In this document: piece by piece, positions 43,414-52,675 of the stretch
How the letters are laid out: each line of letters begins with the position of its first letter
Numbering within the stretch: the first letter of the stretch is position 1
IMG/VR virus record: IMGVR_UViG_3300037245_001061
Span: 1-55,002 of that record
Strand: one strand, 5' to 3'
Origin: a virus
Taxonomy: Duplodnaviria > Caudoviricetes
DNA: 55,002 nt
Program-made: the position numbers and the translations under genes
Notes under the pieces: model-generated
Databases searched by the model: none
The model's input: the letters and a program-made list of their open reading frames with translations, nothing else
Told to the model about the DNA's origin: nothing

Positions 43414-43548
43414 ACTTAGGGCAGGGCACTGGTGATGCTGAAATTGGTCTCAGCTGCCCTACTAGGGTGTATTGTTACTTGAGGGGTTCGCGGCCCAAGG
43501 GGGACAAAATCTGCGGGTTCGATTCCCGTCCAGTGCCCTGCTCTAAGT
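43414..43548 (+). ncRNA. tRNA-like ncRNA with 19-bp closing stem
   Basis: 43414-43432 pairs with 43530-43548; D-like arm GCTGA-AATTGGTC-TCAGC; T-arm GCGGG-TTCGATT-CCCGT. Confidence 0.7.
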
Positions 43549-43560
43549 GGACTATACAAT

Positions 43561-43764
43561 GAGTCTGTATATGTGGTGGTGTTATCAGCGGCGTTGGTAG
43601 AAGTAAACGCAAAGCAGGATGAAATGGCTGAGTTGACAGCGGTGGAAGATAGTCTTTACGAGTGACCTGTAACCATTAGTGCTCGTGCAAAGTTCTAGGC
43701 TGAGGAACTAAAACAGTATGTGGGGTAGCATCCTACCTGATAGCACCCCTTCGTATACAGACTT
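43561..43764 (+). ncRNA. Putative ~200-nt structured ncRNA
   Basis: Nested end pairing 43561-73/43752-64 and 43578-88/43737-47, AGGATG/CATCCT, plus internal hairpins. Confidence 0.6.
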
Positions 43765-43780
43765 AACTAAAGGAGGATTT

Positions 43781-44182
43781 ATGGATATACCAAAGTGTGT
43801 GGCTACAGAACTAGAGACAAAGATGAAGCTTGTTGCTTGGGCTACTAAATGTAAAGGACAGCATGAGCAAGGCTTCGATTGGGCTAAATGCTGTGCAAAG
43901 TGTGGTTGTGTCTGGCCCCATGCCACTCATAATGGTAAAGCTGCTGCTGCCTATGCTGCTGCCTACATCCTGACTTACAATACCGCTATTGCTACTGCTT
44001 ATGCTCCTGATAAGGGAGCTATCATTGAAATAGCCAAACTAGAAGCTGCGGCTGACAAGGCTGCTACTACTCATGCTAAGAACAACTATGAGGCTGGCAC
44101 TATCGCTGCTGCTGTCCTTTTAGCCCTAGCTGCTGGTGATGTTGCTTATGCAGCCGCTTATACAAACCAAGGAGAAGACTAA
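43781..44182 (+). CDS. Ala-rich hypothetical protein
   Basis: AAGGAGG RBS before ATG 43781; AAAAYAAAY low complexity. Confidence 0.65.
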   Translation: MDIPKCVATELETKMKLVAWATKCKGQHEQGFDWAKCCAKCGCVWPHATHNGKAAAAYAAAYILTYNTAIATAYAPDKGAIIEIAKLEAAADKAATTHAKNNYEAGTIAAAVLLALAAGDVAYAAAYTNQGED

Positions 44183-44418
44183 TGAGCACAAGCCCACTGG
44201 ACACACAAGTGGGGGGAGATCACTACAAAGACCAAAAGATCCAACCCCTAGAACTCACTTACCTTAACTTTGGATATGATGGCCTTAAAGCCTCTGTGTA
44301 CACCAAGGTTAACAAGTATATCACCCGCAAGAAGAACAACCACGTAGAGAACCTTAAGAAGGCAGCACATTGCCTTGAAATCCTGATAGAGAAAGCTGAA
44401 CAAGAGGAAAACCAATGA
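44182..44418 (+). CDS. DUF3310-like protein
   Basis: QVGGDHYK...IQP.E, KYI.R.K....L.KA.H motifs. Confidence 0.85.
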   Translation: MSTSPLDTQVGGDHYKDQKIQPLELTYLNFGYDGLKASVYTKVNKYITRKKNNHVENLKKAAHCLEILIEKAEQEENQ

Positions 44419-44810
44419 GCAAAGATACCGAAGCAACACAAGAAGCTGTAGAGACTGCAGAGCCCTCCCCAGAGGAGCGTAAGCAAGCCCTAGGGGGTGT
44501 CGTAAGGGGTACCCTACAGTTTGATGATAACTCAAGAGCCCAAGTGGACGCCATGGCCACAGAGCTTAAGCTATCAGATGAAGAGTTCGAGCAGTTGATC
44601 AGCTCCATCAATATCAATGCTGTATGGGATGCCCACTGGGATCGTATCCTAGAGGAGACTACTCTGGAGGCTATCGAGGGAGCATTCCAAGCCATGAATG
44701 ACCTCTTCCTAGTTAGTGAGATGGTGGAGAGTCCTCTGGCGGAGGCCTTTGACCGTTACTTAAGTGATGCTGAGAGTGCTGAGTTTCGTGCCAAGTTTGG
44801 AATTCACTAG
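44415..44810 (+). CDS. Acidic hypothetical protein
   Basis: ATGA overlap, GAGGA RBS. Confidence 0.65.
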   Translation: MSKDTEATQEAVETAEPSPEERKQALGGVVRGTLQFDDNSRAQVDAMATELKLSDEEFEQLISSININAVWDAHWDRILEETTLEAIEGAFQAMNDLFLVSEMVESPLAEAFDRYLSDAESAEFRAKFGIH

Positions 44811-44818
44811 GGGGAGTT

Positions 44819-45253
44819 ATGTTAATACTAAAAAGACGTAAGGACGGTGGGAGTGAGTCTCCTGTAGATGCATACTTCCTGATAGAGAGTAAGAGGTTTG
44901 GTAGTCTAGCACTCCTTAAGTTTAACAAAGGCGGACGAGAGGCGTACCACACACATGCATTCAATGCTTGGACATGGTTCCTTAAGGGGGAGTTAGTCGA
45001 GGAGGATGTTAACGGGGAGTTGTACAACTACGAGAGGTCACTACTCCCCAAGACCACCCTTAAGGGTAAGAATCATAGGGTGAAGGCTGACACTAATAGT
45101 TGGTGTTTTACTCTAAGAGGGCCTTGGGTGGACAGGTGGACAGAGTATAATGAGAGGGAGGACGAGACTAGTGTATTCACTCACGGACGTAGGGTGATTG
45201 AGAGGTTACAGGGTATTCAACTTGGGGGAGAGTCATGCCAACAATCAAAGTAA
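44819..45253 (+). CDS. Cupin-like hypothetical protein
   Basis: YHTHAF..W.W.L.G.L.E and HRV......W....RGP motifs. Confidence 0.65.
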   Translation: MLILKRRKDGGSESPVDAYFLIESKRFGSLALLKFNKGGREAYHTHAFNAWTWFLKGELVEEDVNGELYNYERSLLPKTTLKGKNHRVKADTNSWCFTLRGPWVDRWTEYNEREDETSVFTHGRRVIERLQGIQLGGESCQQSK

Positions 45254-45426
45254 GCCTAAATATCGGAATTAGTAATGCCAGTCAAGAGGATGAGCTTGAC
45301 ATTGACGAGGACGAGTGGGACGCCTGTGAGACAGATGAGGATCGGGATGAGTTAGTGAACGAATACTGGAAGGATTGGATGTGGAATTACATCGATGGTT
45401 ACAGTGAGCTGGTGGAGGATACATGA
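45235..45426 (+). CDS. Acidic hypothetical protein
   Basis: GGGGAG RBS; W..NYID motif. Confidence 0.65.
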   Translation: MPTIKVSLNIGISNASQEDELDIDEDEWDACETDEDRDELVNEYWKDWMWNYIDGYSELVEDT

Positions 45427-45755
45427 AAGGAATGACTGATAAGAAAGCGAGAAACCTACAAAGATTAATGTCCTGCCTCGATGCTATTGAAATTGAGCTT
45501 AACAAAGTTGCTAAGTCTGTAGGTCACCCCAGCTTTGAAGAGTTCACCTCTAGGGATGAGGTGAATTCGTTTAGTGAGGCTGTACGGGAGTGCGGGCTTG
45601 GCTGGTTAATAGGTATGACCCCAAGGGAGGGGGAAACAAAGGAGGACTTCAAGACGAGGTGTGTAGAGTCTGTACGGAGCAACCCCCTAGAGTCCTTCCT
45701 GTTAGGGACAATACAAGAAGCTAGCTTAGACGATATTTGGGGGTATAGATGCTAA
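45423..45755 (+). CDS. Hypothetical protein
   Basis: ATGA overlap, GGAGG RBS. Confidence 0.6.
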   Translation: MKGMTDKKARNLQRLMSCLDAIEIELNKVAKSVGHPSFEEFTSRDEVNSFSEAVRECGLGWLIGMTPREGETKEDFKTRCVESVRSNPLESFLLGTIQEASLDDIWGYRC

Positions 45756-45888
45756 CTGAAGAAGAACTATCCTATGCCATTCTCACTGAGGATGAGTATA
45801 TCATGGAGTGTATCAAGGGGACTATCCTAGGGGTGATTCAGGGGTGGTGTGGGCTACTGGTGGCTGCTGCATTGATTAGGGGAGTGAT

Positions 45889-46158
45889 GTGATGGGGGAG
45901 AGAGTGAAACAACCGAAGCTATATGCACCAGTTAAAATAAAGTTCTGGAGCTTAAGAAATGGTGTTGGTAGTGGGCTTGGTGTCATATTTGATATTGATA
46001 CGGAAGTGACTAGGACATGCAGGCGAGTCTTATACCTTGGTGGCTGGAAGTGGCAGCTAGTCAGGTACTATCAAGACCGTGATTGGGATTGGTGCTTAGA
46101 GCAAGATAAGGAGGTATTAGATAACTACCTTGAAGAAGTAGAATGGCAATACGCCTAA
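45889..46158 (+). CDS. Orphan cassette-like hypothetical protein
   Basis: Ends GCCTAA followed by attC-like left arm GACTTGAGTTAACGG; flanked by 19-bp direct repeats. Confidence 0.55.
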   Translation: MMGERVKQPKLYAPVKIKFWSLRNGVGSGLGVIFDIDTEVTRTCRRVLYLGGWKWQLVRYYQDRDWDWCLEQDKEVLDNYLEEVEWQYA

Positions 46159-46265
46159 GACTTGAGTTAACGGATGCTTAGGGGGAGTGATGTGATGGGG
46201 AGACTTGTTGTGGGTGGTGACATGCCTGATATCTATAACAAGCTAAAGAAACTAAAGGAGACAAC

Positions 46266-46484
46266 ATGACAAACAACACCAAGCCCTGTGCAAACTGTAG
46301 GTACCACTTGGACGAGACAGAGCAGAGTGGGATGTCTGAGTTCAAGGGGCTAATGTACTCAGAAGAGCTCAACGAGAACTTACGAGAGATACTAGAGCAA
46401 GCACATATGGCAGGACAAGCTGATGCTGGTGTTGATCCCAGCTACTCCAACGCTAAACTTTACTCTAAGAAGGAAACAACATGA
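46266..46484 (+). CDS. Hypothetical protein
   Basis: AAGGAG RBS. Confidence 0.55.
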   Translation: MTNNTKPCANCRYHLDETEQSGMSEFKGLMYSEELNENLREILEQAHMAGQADAGVDPSYSNAKLYSKKETT

Positions 46485-46508
46485 CAATGTACCAATACGG
46501 GGGTCTGC

Positions 46509-46931
46509 ATGAGAGAGTGTAAGCACTTCAAGATATATGAGCTAGTCCCCCAGCATGTCTACGAGGATCGGGGAGAGAAGGCTTGGGCCTTACTTGACGA
46601 CAGAGCCCTAATCTTTGCTGACTACCTGAGGGAGCAGTTTGGAAGCGCCACTATCAATGATTGGTGGTGGCTCGGTAAGAACCAGTGGAGGGGTGTACGG
46701 ACATCAGGAAGTCCCTACTACAGGCCATACTCTCAGCATTCATTTGGGAGGGCCTTAGATATCATCTTTAAGGGTACAAGTGCAGAGAATGTACGTACAT
46801 GGCTCAAGGAGAACGTAACAGAGTGGCAAGTAGATACGGGGATCATGTCTATCACCCTAGAGGAAGGTGTAGGGTGGTTGCATATAGACTTTAGGAATGC
46901 CCCCGATGGGTATAACAGTTTTAATCCTTAA
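46509..46931 (+). CDS. Peptidase M15-family zinc peptidase (endolysin-like)
   Basis: G.R, SQH.FG.A.D and WLHID.R zinc ligands. Confidence 0.8.
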   Translation: MRECKHFKIYELVPQHVYEDRGEKAWALLDDRALIFADYLREQFGSATINDWWWLGKNQWRGVRTSGSPYYRPYSQHSFGRALDIIFKGTSAENVRTWLKENVTEWQVDTGIMSITLEEGVGWLHIDFRNAPDGYNSFNP

Positions 46932-46940
46932 GGAGGACGT

Positions 46941-47267
46941 ATGGGAGTAGAGTATAGGGGAGTGGGTGGTATTGGTGTAAGGCTCACAGATGATATGGTG
47001 CGGGACATAGTAGACTCAGGGGTCATCTCACAGAGGGATTGGGATGTAGATGGTGCTGATTGCCTTCCGGGGGATGGTGGTGATTTTGACGCTATGCAGG
47101 CAGGTAACAGTTGGGGAGGGGATACTCACTACTACCTAATGATGAAGTCGGAGACTCTCTCTGGCTGTTGGGATGCGCTGGAGGGGTTCATGGAGGCCTT
47201 GGAGGAGTTAGGTATGTCCCTTAGTCTGGAGGATGTCAAGGTGGTGAGTGATATCTACGTGTACTAA
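46941..47267 (+). CDS. Hypothetical protein
   Basis: AAGGAGG RBS; last rightward gene. Confidence 0.65.
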   Translation: MGVEYRGVGGIGVRLTDDMVRDIVDSGVISQRDWDVDGADCLPGDGGDFDAMQAGNSWGGDTHYYLMMKSETLSGCWDALEGFMEALEELGMSLSLEDVKVVSDIYVY

Positions 47268-47288
47268 AAAAGGGGGCCGTAGGCCCCC
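47266..47288. terminator. Intrinsic terminator at the convergence point
   Basis: GGGGGCC-GTA-GGCCCCC hairpin with A6 on its left (U6 tail for leftward transcripts). Confidence 0.75.
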
Positions 47289-47578
47289 TCCCTCATACCC
47301 CCATCCCCTTCCTATCGAAGGGCACCCTCACCTTAGCCTTATTCTTCCCCAAGTTAGTCACCCGGTACCAACACGCCCTGCCTCCTCTCCAGAAGGGCTT
47401 GAATATAAAGTTACCTCTTCTCATACTACTCTCCTCCACGGCATTCTCTTAGGGGGCCAACCACGGCCATACCTACATCTTGGCACCAACCTAGTACGCA
47501 TCTGTCCGGGGGGACGTAGGACACGCAGCATAGTCTCCCTACCACCTCTCCAGACCACCTTGTACATTCTCTTAGTCC

Positions 47579-47941
47579 TCATACCACTCTCCCAGTTAGA
47601 TCTTCAATTAAGCTATGTAGAACCTCTACACACCCCTCCTTGTCAGAGCACTCCATCTTGTATGCCAGTAGATCAAGCCTACTTATGATCTCCCCGTACA
47701 ACTCATGGTGGATGGCATGTGCAGCCCTCTCAGCAGCCCACTCCCCCTCACCAGCATGATATTGGACTGATGATACCCACTGGAGCTTGAAGTCAGACTG
47801 GTACTTATTTCTCATGGGGGTGTCACGTAATTTCTCAGTGTGGGATGAGAGGGAGGCAGGTGCCCACCCACCACCATCTATTAGCCGCTCTCCACCCATA
47901 ACCATACCATCAACAATATCCCTTACAGCTAGTATCTTCAT
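47579..47941 (-). CDS. Hypothetical protein
   Basis: GAGG RBS; operon packing. Confidence 0.6.
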   Translation of the reverse strand: MKILAVRDIVDGMVMGGERLIDGGGWAPASLSSHTEKLRDTPMRNKYQSDFKLQWVSSVQYHAGEGEWAAERAAHAIHHELYGEIISRLDLLAYKMECSDKEGCVEVLHSLIEDLTGRVV

Positions 47942-47942
47942 A

Positions 47943-48719
47943 TCACACCTCTATCAGTAATGTATCATTAAATCCTTTAGCCAAGTGATCTGGGTAATAC
48001 CCCACTTGGTTACTTACCATCCTAGTATCCTTAGGCCCTACAATCCTATCCACATTGTGGTGAGTGTGGCCGAAGCACCATACATCAGCCTCACAGACTA
48101 GATCATCTAGGTTACTGTGGTAGTAGTGCTTGGTAGTACTATACTGATTGTAGGAATCAGGGTCTTCATTACTATACGAGGGGGTCATGTGTGTAACCAC
48201 AACATACTTCCTAGCCCCCTGCACAGACAACCCCTCACGGATAGCCTTCAGGCAGTCCTTATGATCCCAGTAGGCCATCTCAGGGGTGAACTTCCTATAA
48301 CTCTCCCCAGACTTGATCTTACTGTAGTCCACCATCACCCTAGTGGCATCCAACATACTGAGTTCATCACAATCATTGTAATCTGTCCAGAGGGTACCCC
48401 CGCAGAAGACTACATTATCAATAGTGATATGAGCATTGAATAGTGGGTAGACGTTATCCTCACTCCCCTCTAGCCACTTATTGGGGAGCTTAGTGAAGTT
48501 ACTCCCCCACAGGTCGTGATTGCCAGCCACTAGCACAACAGCCTTAAAACGTCCTGAGAGGGCGTTAGCGTAGTTTATACCCCTCCCCTTGGTGTCTATA
48601 TCCCCTGCAAGGACTAACACTGTCTGAGGGTCTGTAGGGAGCTCAGGGATGTGGTATGGCTCCTCACCCTCATCCCTACGGAACTCATTATGAATATCTG
48701 AGAATAGTCTAATGTACAT
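47943..48719 (-). CDS. Metallophosphoesterase (calcineurin-like)
   Basis: SDIH, LAGD, GNHD, TLWTD, VTH..P, GHTH motifs. Confidence 0.92.
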   Translation of the reverse strand: MYIRLFSDIHNEFRRDEGEEPYHIPELPTDPQTVLVLAGDIDTKGRGINYANALSGRFKAVVLVAGNHDLWGSNFTKLPNKWLEGSEDNVYPLFNAHITIDNVVFCGGTLWTDYNDCDELSMLDATRVMVDYSKIKSGESYRKFTPEMAYWDHKDCLKAIREGLSVQGARKYVVVTHMTPSYSNEDPDSYNQYSTTKHYYHSNLDDLVCEADVWCFGHTHHNVDRIVGPKDTRMVSNQVGYYPDHLAKGFNDTLLIEV

Positions 48720-49195
48720 TAACACTCCTCCTTGGATAGGAGATAGTCAATACGGGCTATTACATGGGAGGGGAGGATGTCTCCGTCCACCCCTACACAG
48801 GAGATAGTGTAGTCCAATTCACACGTATCTCCTGTGTAGTAGTAGTAGTACTCATCAGGGTCGAATAGGTAGCAGCAAGTATGATAGTCAATCTCGAATA
48901 GCCTCTCAGCAGCATCAAAACCGTATAGCCCTATATCCTCCCCGTCGGCATCAAGTAGGCACACCTCGCTGGCAGATGTCCAAGATCTAAGACCTAGTTC
49001 TCTGAAGCGAGAGTCCGCTGAGGCAAAGCCAAGGGCACAGGCAGAGAACCCACAAGAGGGGTTCTTCCAATCCACCACTAAGTCTACATCATTAGCGAGG
49101 ATAAACACATTAAGATCAAAGGTAACCCCCTTAGACAACCCCTCTTGGATCTCCTCCAGCATGGTCTTCATTAGTTTTAAGTTTTCAATATGCAT
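48719..49195 (-). CDS. Hypothetical protein
   Basis: GGAGG RBS; CG..ACA.G.A and V.ARI motifs seen in phage early proteins. Confidence 0.7.
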   Translation of the reverse strand: MHIENLKLMKTMLEEIQEGLSKGVTFDLNVFILANDVDLVVDWKNPSCGFSACALGFASADSRFRELGLRSWTSASEVCLLDADGEDIGLYGFDAAERLFEIDYHTCCYLFDPDEYYYYYTGDTCELDYTISCVGVDGDILPSHVIARIDYLLSKEEC

Positions 49196-49227
49196 AACAT
49201 TCCCTCCGTTTGATTAGCTTAGGAGGA

Positions 49228-49256
49228 TTATTACACGGAAGGGAGGGGGTGTCAAC
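49228..49256 (-). promoter_or_regulatory. Sigma70-like promoter (TTGACA...TGTAATAAT)
   Basis: Perfect -35 upstream of 48719-49195. Confidence 0.55.
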
Positions 49257-49409
49257 CCCCTTTAGTGGATTTCTTCTTTGATGAGGGCTTCTTAACTGTA
49301 TTGCCAACTAGACGCCACCCCCGGAGGTATCCATCGGGGGATACTCCTAGGGCCTTGGCTCTGGCCCTGAGGGTGGGTTCTCTGGCTCCTTTACTAGGAA
49401 CTCCTTTAT

Positions 49410-49625
49410 TCATCGATAACCCCCTCCCTTAATAACCTTTAGATAGAGGTAGGTTGACAGAATCCCCACTAAAGGAGAAACAACAACTGCAAGAGCAAGG
49501 GAGGGTATAATACCTATATCAGAACAGAAGACACCCAAACCAAGGCCTACAAGAGCTGGTAAGACAAAGAGTGCGGCACACCCACCCAATACCCTTACTA
49601 AGCTCAAATCCCTAGACTTACTCAT
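49410..49625 (-). CDS. Small membrane protein
   Basis: Two hydrophobic segments. Confidence 0.6.
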   Translation of the reverse strand: MSKSRDLSLVRVLGGCAALFVLPALVGLGLGVFCSDIGIIPSLALAVVVSPLVGILSTYLYLKVIKGGGYR

Positions 49626-49831
49626 ACCTTCAACGCCTTAGCCCATAAGAAGCCAATAGGTACGCCCACTGCAACAGCACTACAAACTGTGACTAATGCG
49701 AATGCCAATGGCTTACTCGCCAAGGGCAGTATGGCAAGACCTAGGGCCACTCCAACCACTACTACTAAAATAAGGAACAGACCACAGGTAACAATTACCC
49801 GAAACTCCTCTAAAAACTCACTCATACCCAC
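49622..49831 (-). CDS. Small membrane protein
   Basis: Two hydrophobic segments; ATGA overlap. Confidence 0.6.
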   Translation of the reverse strand: MGMSEFLEEFRVIVTCGLFLILVVVVGVALGLAILPLASKPLAFALVTVCSAVAVGVPIGFLWAKALKV

Positions 49832-50096
49832 CTCCTAATTGATTATGTATCTCAACGATACGTTCTTCTAACCTAACTAACTCTTCCCTAAGGGCATCCT
49901 CATCATCAACGTATCCCTTAGGCTTCACACGGTATTGTACCTCAGGGAACCACAAAGGCTCATCCACATCAGCCCATGGGTGATTCTTATACCGGCTCTG
50001 GATCTGCTCCCCTAGCTCCCAAGCAGCTCTAACTTCTTGATGTACCTCGTCCGAAATAACAATGCCTTTTTCGGACAAGCTCACTCCCCACCCCAC
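49818..50096 (-). CDS. Hypothetical protein (AW..G..I...QYRVKP family)
   Basis: Motif shared with 50863-51318. Confidence 0.65.
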   Translation of the reverse strand: MGWGVSLSEKGIVISDEVHQEVRAAWELGEQIQSRYKNHPWADVDEPLWFPEVQYRVKPKGYVDDEDALREELVRLEERIVEIHNQLGGGYE

Positions 50097-50344
50097 TTAA
50101 TCCAACAGACTATCTTACGCATAATGCTAGTCCCCTCAAAGACATGCATCAGAAGGCACCCTAGAGCTACGAGAAGCCACGTAGGGAGCAATGCCACCAT
50201 AACCATACCCCTAACAAGGTAAGACTTGTAGGCAAGCCCTGTGTGGCGTATAATAGCCCTAGAGTATAGGAACCAGCCCACAAAGTAAGCTATCCATAGA
50301 ATGGAGATAATACCTCCACTTAAAGTCATTTCAACTGCCATCAT
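50081..50344 (-). CDS. Small membrane protein
   Basis: GGAGG RBS, hydrophobic. Confidence 0.6.
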   Translation of the reverse strand: MMAVEMTLSGGIISILWIAYFVGWFLYSRAIIRHTGLAYKSYLVRGMVMVALLPTWLLVALGCLLMHVFEGTSIMRKIVCWIKWGGE

Positions 50345-50489
50345 TAACCTCCATTATTCAATTAATAAGTAGTTTTCTTAGTATTATACCCCATTTAGGG
50401 CATTAATACACACTTTTGTTCATATTAACCCAGATTAGGGCAATATATTACACATTCCTACATTGTTTCATAAGAAACAACATATGTCC

Positions 50490-50870
50490 CTAACTATACG
50501 CTAACTTGACGTAGTCTGCAACCCCTTCCTCTAAGTACTCATGGGGGTGCTTCTTCAAGTGGGAGGCTATCTCCCTGAAGGATACTCCATCATCATTCAT
50601 GTTGGCTAGGTGGGAGAGGTAGGAGCCCCCTACAGGCGAACTATCAATGTAAACTAGGCCTACGTAGTTCTCATCCTCGTCGGGATAGCCCTCTTGGGGG
50701 GAATACTTATTCCCAGATAAGTAACATTGTAGCCCTAAGCAACACATACCCTCCTCCATATCCCCTAGCCCCCACCCCCTCTGAGGGTATGCCAATCCCT
50801 TGGGGAGATCCATGCTCTCAATCCACATAAGGGCATTATCAATCTTCTGTTCTAATGTTAGCTTACTCAT
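50490..50870 (-). CDS. Hypothetical protein
   Basis: CCLG and L..MND.G.SF.EIA motifs; start at ATG 50870. Confidence 0.7.
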   Translation of the reverse strand: MSKLTLEQKIDNALMWIESMDLPKGLAYPQRGWGLGDMEEGMCCLGLQCYLSGNKYSPQEGYPDEDENYVGLVYIDSSPVGGSYLSHLANMNDDGVSFREIASHLKKHPHEYLEEGVADYVKLAYS

Positions 50871-51318
50871 AAGTGTTATACTCCTCAGCAGCTTCATCCA
50901 GCTGGTTCTTTAATGACTTAATAATCCCTGCAAGCTCCACCTTACGGGGGTTTTCCTTGGGCTTTACTCGGTATTGGATGTAGTCCTCCCACGTAGGTGC
51001 AGTATCGACGAACCAGTACTGGCTAACGGACTTATATTCAATCACCTCCCCATTAGCCCAAGCCACTATCTCCTTGTAGTACTTGTGGCGTTTGGAGGTG
51101 TCTACTTTTTTGGTGAAGAGAGAGGTGGAGAAATTAAGGCCGTGCTTTGGAGCCATCCCCTTCAGGGATAAATAACGCCCTCCATCATGCTTAGCAATCA
51201 CCTCATACTCAACGCCATACTCTAACCAGCTATGTAGTTTGGTGTCTCTATCCCTAACCACCCAATCCCCTACTTCAATCTTATCACTCATAATCATTCC
51301 CTCTCCATTAATATGCAA
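50863..51318 (-). CDS. Hypothetical protein (SH3-like N-terminus plus QYRVKP domain)
   Basis: VGD.VV; AWANG..IEY...QYRVKP; true start probably 51297 or 51291. Confidence 0.65.
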   Translation of the reverse strand: MHINGEGMIMSDKIEVGDWVVRDRDTKLHSWLEYGVEYEVIAKHDGGRYLSLKGMAPKHGLNFSTSLFTKKVDTSKRHKYYKEIVAWANGEVIEYKSVSQYWFVDTAPTWEDYIQYRVKPKENPRKVELAGIIKSLKNQLDEAAEEYNTYE

Positions 51319-51358
51319 GCAGTATAACCACTCTAATCCTCCTCTTTAGGCTTCCTTA

Positions 51359-51388
51359 AGTATAACACACCAAGTACCCCCATTGCAA
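51359..51388 (-). promoter_or_regulatory. Promoter TTGCAA-N18-TATACT
   Basis: Extended -10 TGTTATACT. Confidence 0.55.
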
Positions 51389-51446
51389 GGAGTAAGAAGG
51401 TCACCCCCTCATACTCAAATAGTCTACTCATAAATCCTCCATATCA

Positions 51447-51653
51447 TTATAAATCATACATTAGCTCATCAAAGCTCTTAGTAGATGGGGTGTACTTCTT
51501 CCTAATCTCATCTTCATACACTGGGAAGTCCAACTCCTCTAGGAGGTAGTACTGCCCCAGTGTATCAGAGAATGCCCTATCTGTAATGGTATACTCCCCA
51601 GTGTAACTCTGTAGGCATACCTCCTCCCCAACCTTATAGTACGGCTTGGTCAT
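51447..51653 (-). CDS. Hypothetical protein
   Basis: GGAGG RBS, ATGA overlap. Confidence 0.6.
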   Translation of the reverse strand: MTKPYYKVGEEVCLQSYTGEYTITDRAFSDTLGQYYLLEELDFPVYEDEIRKKYTPSTKSFDELMYDL

Positions 51654-52276
51654 ACCCCCTCCAAGTTGATCCCAGTAACCCCTAATGACTCTAGGGCTGC
51701 TTGTAAGGCATCAGTAATCTCATCATACTCCTTAGCAGCATCCTCGTAGTCCTTAGTGGCAAGCCTTAAGTCCCCCTCAGCCTTCTCCAAGTCCTCCTCT
51801 GCCACTTTAACTCCCTTGTGGGCTAGCTGTTGCTCCTTGATGAGGGATAGTAAACCCCCCTTAGGGGATTCCTCCTCTGGGGATTCCTCTAATGAGGATT
51901 TCTCATCAGGAGAGAATACGAAGGCCTCACAAACCCAAGGGTACTTAGAGAGGGAGGGGGGTGTATACTCTTCAATATCCAACCACCCCCGATCTACATC
52001 ACTTATGGTATACTCTCCCCCAACTTGTAGTTGGTCACTCCCATTCACACGGACCACCTTCCTACCTACATCCTCAGGGGAGAGGGACTCAATGGGATGG
52101 CCTAGGATCTTACAAGATCCTAGGGCATGTGTGTAGTCACTACGCTCCTCTGAGGTGAATAATCTACCATCAGTACTGGTGATAGCCTTTACAGTGAGTA
52201 TCTCACCTGCAGGGATGCCTCCAACAGAGTAACCATCATACATCACTTTCATACCTACTTCTAGTTTCATAGTCAT
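51650..52276 (-). CDS. Hypothetical protein (two small beta domains plus coiled coil)
   Basis: VG.KV repeated; heptad-like C-terminus. Confidence 0.65.
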   Translation of the reverse strand: MTMKLEVGMKVMYDGYSVGGIPAGEILTVKAITSTDGRLFTSEERSDYTHALGSCKILGHPIESLSPEDVGRKVVRVNGSDQLQVGGEYTISDVDRGWLDIEEYTPPSLSKYPWVCEAFVFSPDEKSSLEESPEEESPKGGLLSLIKEQQLAHKGVKVAEEDLEKAEGDLRLATKDYEDAAKEYDEITDALQAALESLGVTGINLEGV

Positions 52277-52464
52277 ACACTCCCCTCAATGGCTAACTTC
52301 AATGCAGCCTCAGTACGTTCCCTAACCACCTTCTTATACTCAGGGGACTTCTTCACACCCCTGAGCACCTCTGCCTTAATCTCAGCTTGGATGCTCTCAT
52401 TAAGAAACTCACCACTCCAACTATCCATAAACTCATCAAGGTCTACCTCAATCTTAAGTTTCAT
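52273..52464 (-). CDS. Hypothetical protein
   Basis: GGAGG RBS before ATG 52464. Confidence 0.6.
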   Translation of the reverse strand: MKLKIEVDLDEFMDSWSGEFLNESIQAEIKAEVLRGVKKSPEYKKVVRERTEAALKLAIEGSV

Positions 52465-52465
52465 A

Positions 52466-52675
52466 TCAATCCTCCCCATAAGTGTTAAGTAGCTCAGTCT
52501 GAGGGGGTGTTGGTGCATCGTAGTTTATCACTAGGTAGTCATCATTAACACCAACCATAACACAAAATACACTCACACCCTCCTCCTTAGCCAGTGTAGT
52601 CAATGTCTTACTTAAGGCCTTAAACTGAGCCTCAGCTGTCTTAACCATCTTCTTCATATCTTTCTTATTCATCAT
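52466..52675 (-). CDS. Hypothetical protein
   Basis: AAGGAG RBS before ATG 52675. Confidence 0.55.
   Translation of the reverse strand: MMNKKDMKKMVKTAEAQFKALSKTLTTLAKEEGVSVFCVMVGVNDDYLVINYDAPTPPQTELLNTYGED

Noticed and set aside
43414-43548. tRNA-Sec or tmRNA
   Set aside because: No TCA anticodon loop, no CCA end, closing stem too long, and too short for a tmRNA with tag ORF.
43718-43780. Upstream start for the Ala-rich ORF
   Set aside because: Lies in the paired 3' arm of the predicted RNA; AAGGAGG supports ATG 43781.
47248-47688. Plus-strand 146-aa Pro-rich ORF
   Set aside because: Crosses the terminator and is antisense to the leftward block, where two short minus ORFs (about 47294-47425 and 47427-47582) fit better.
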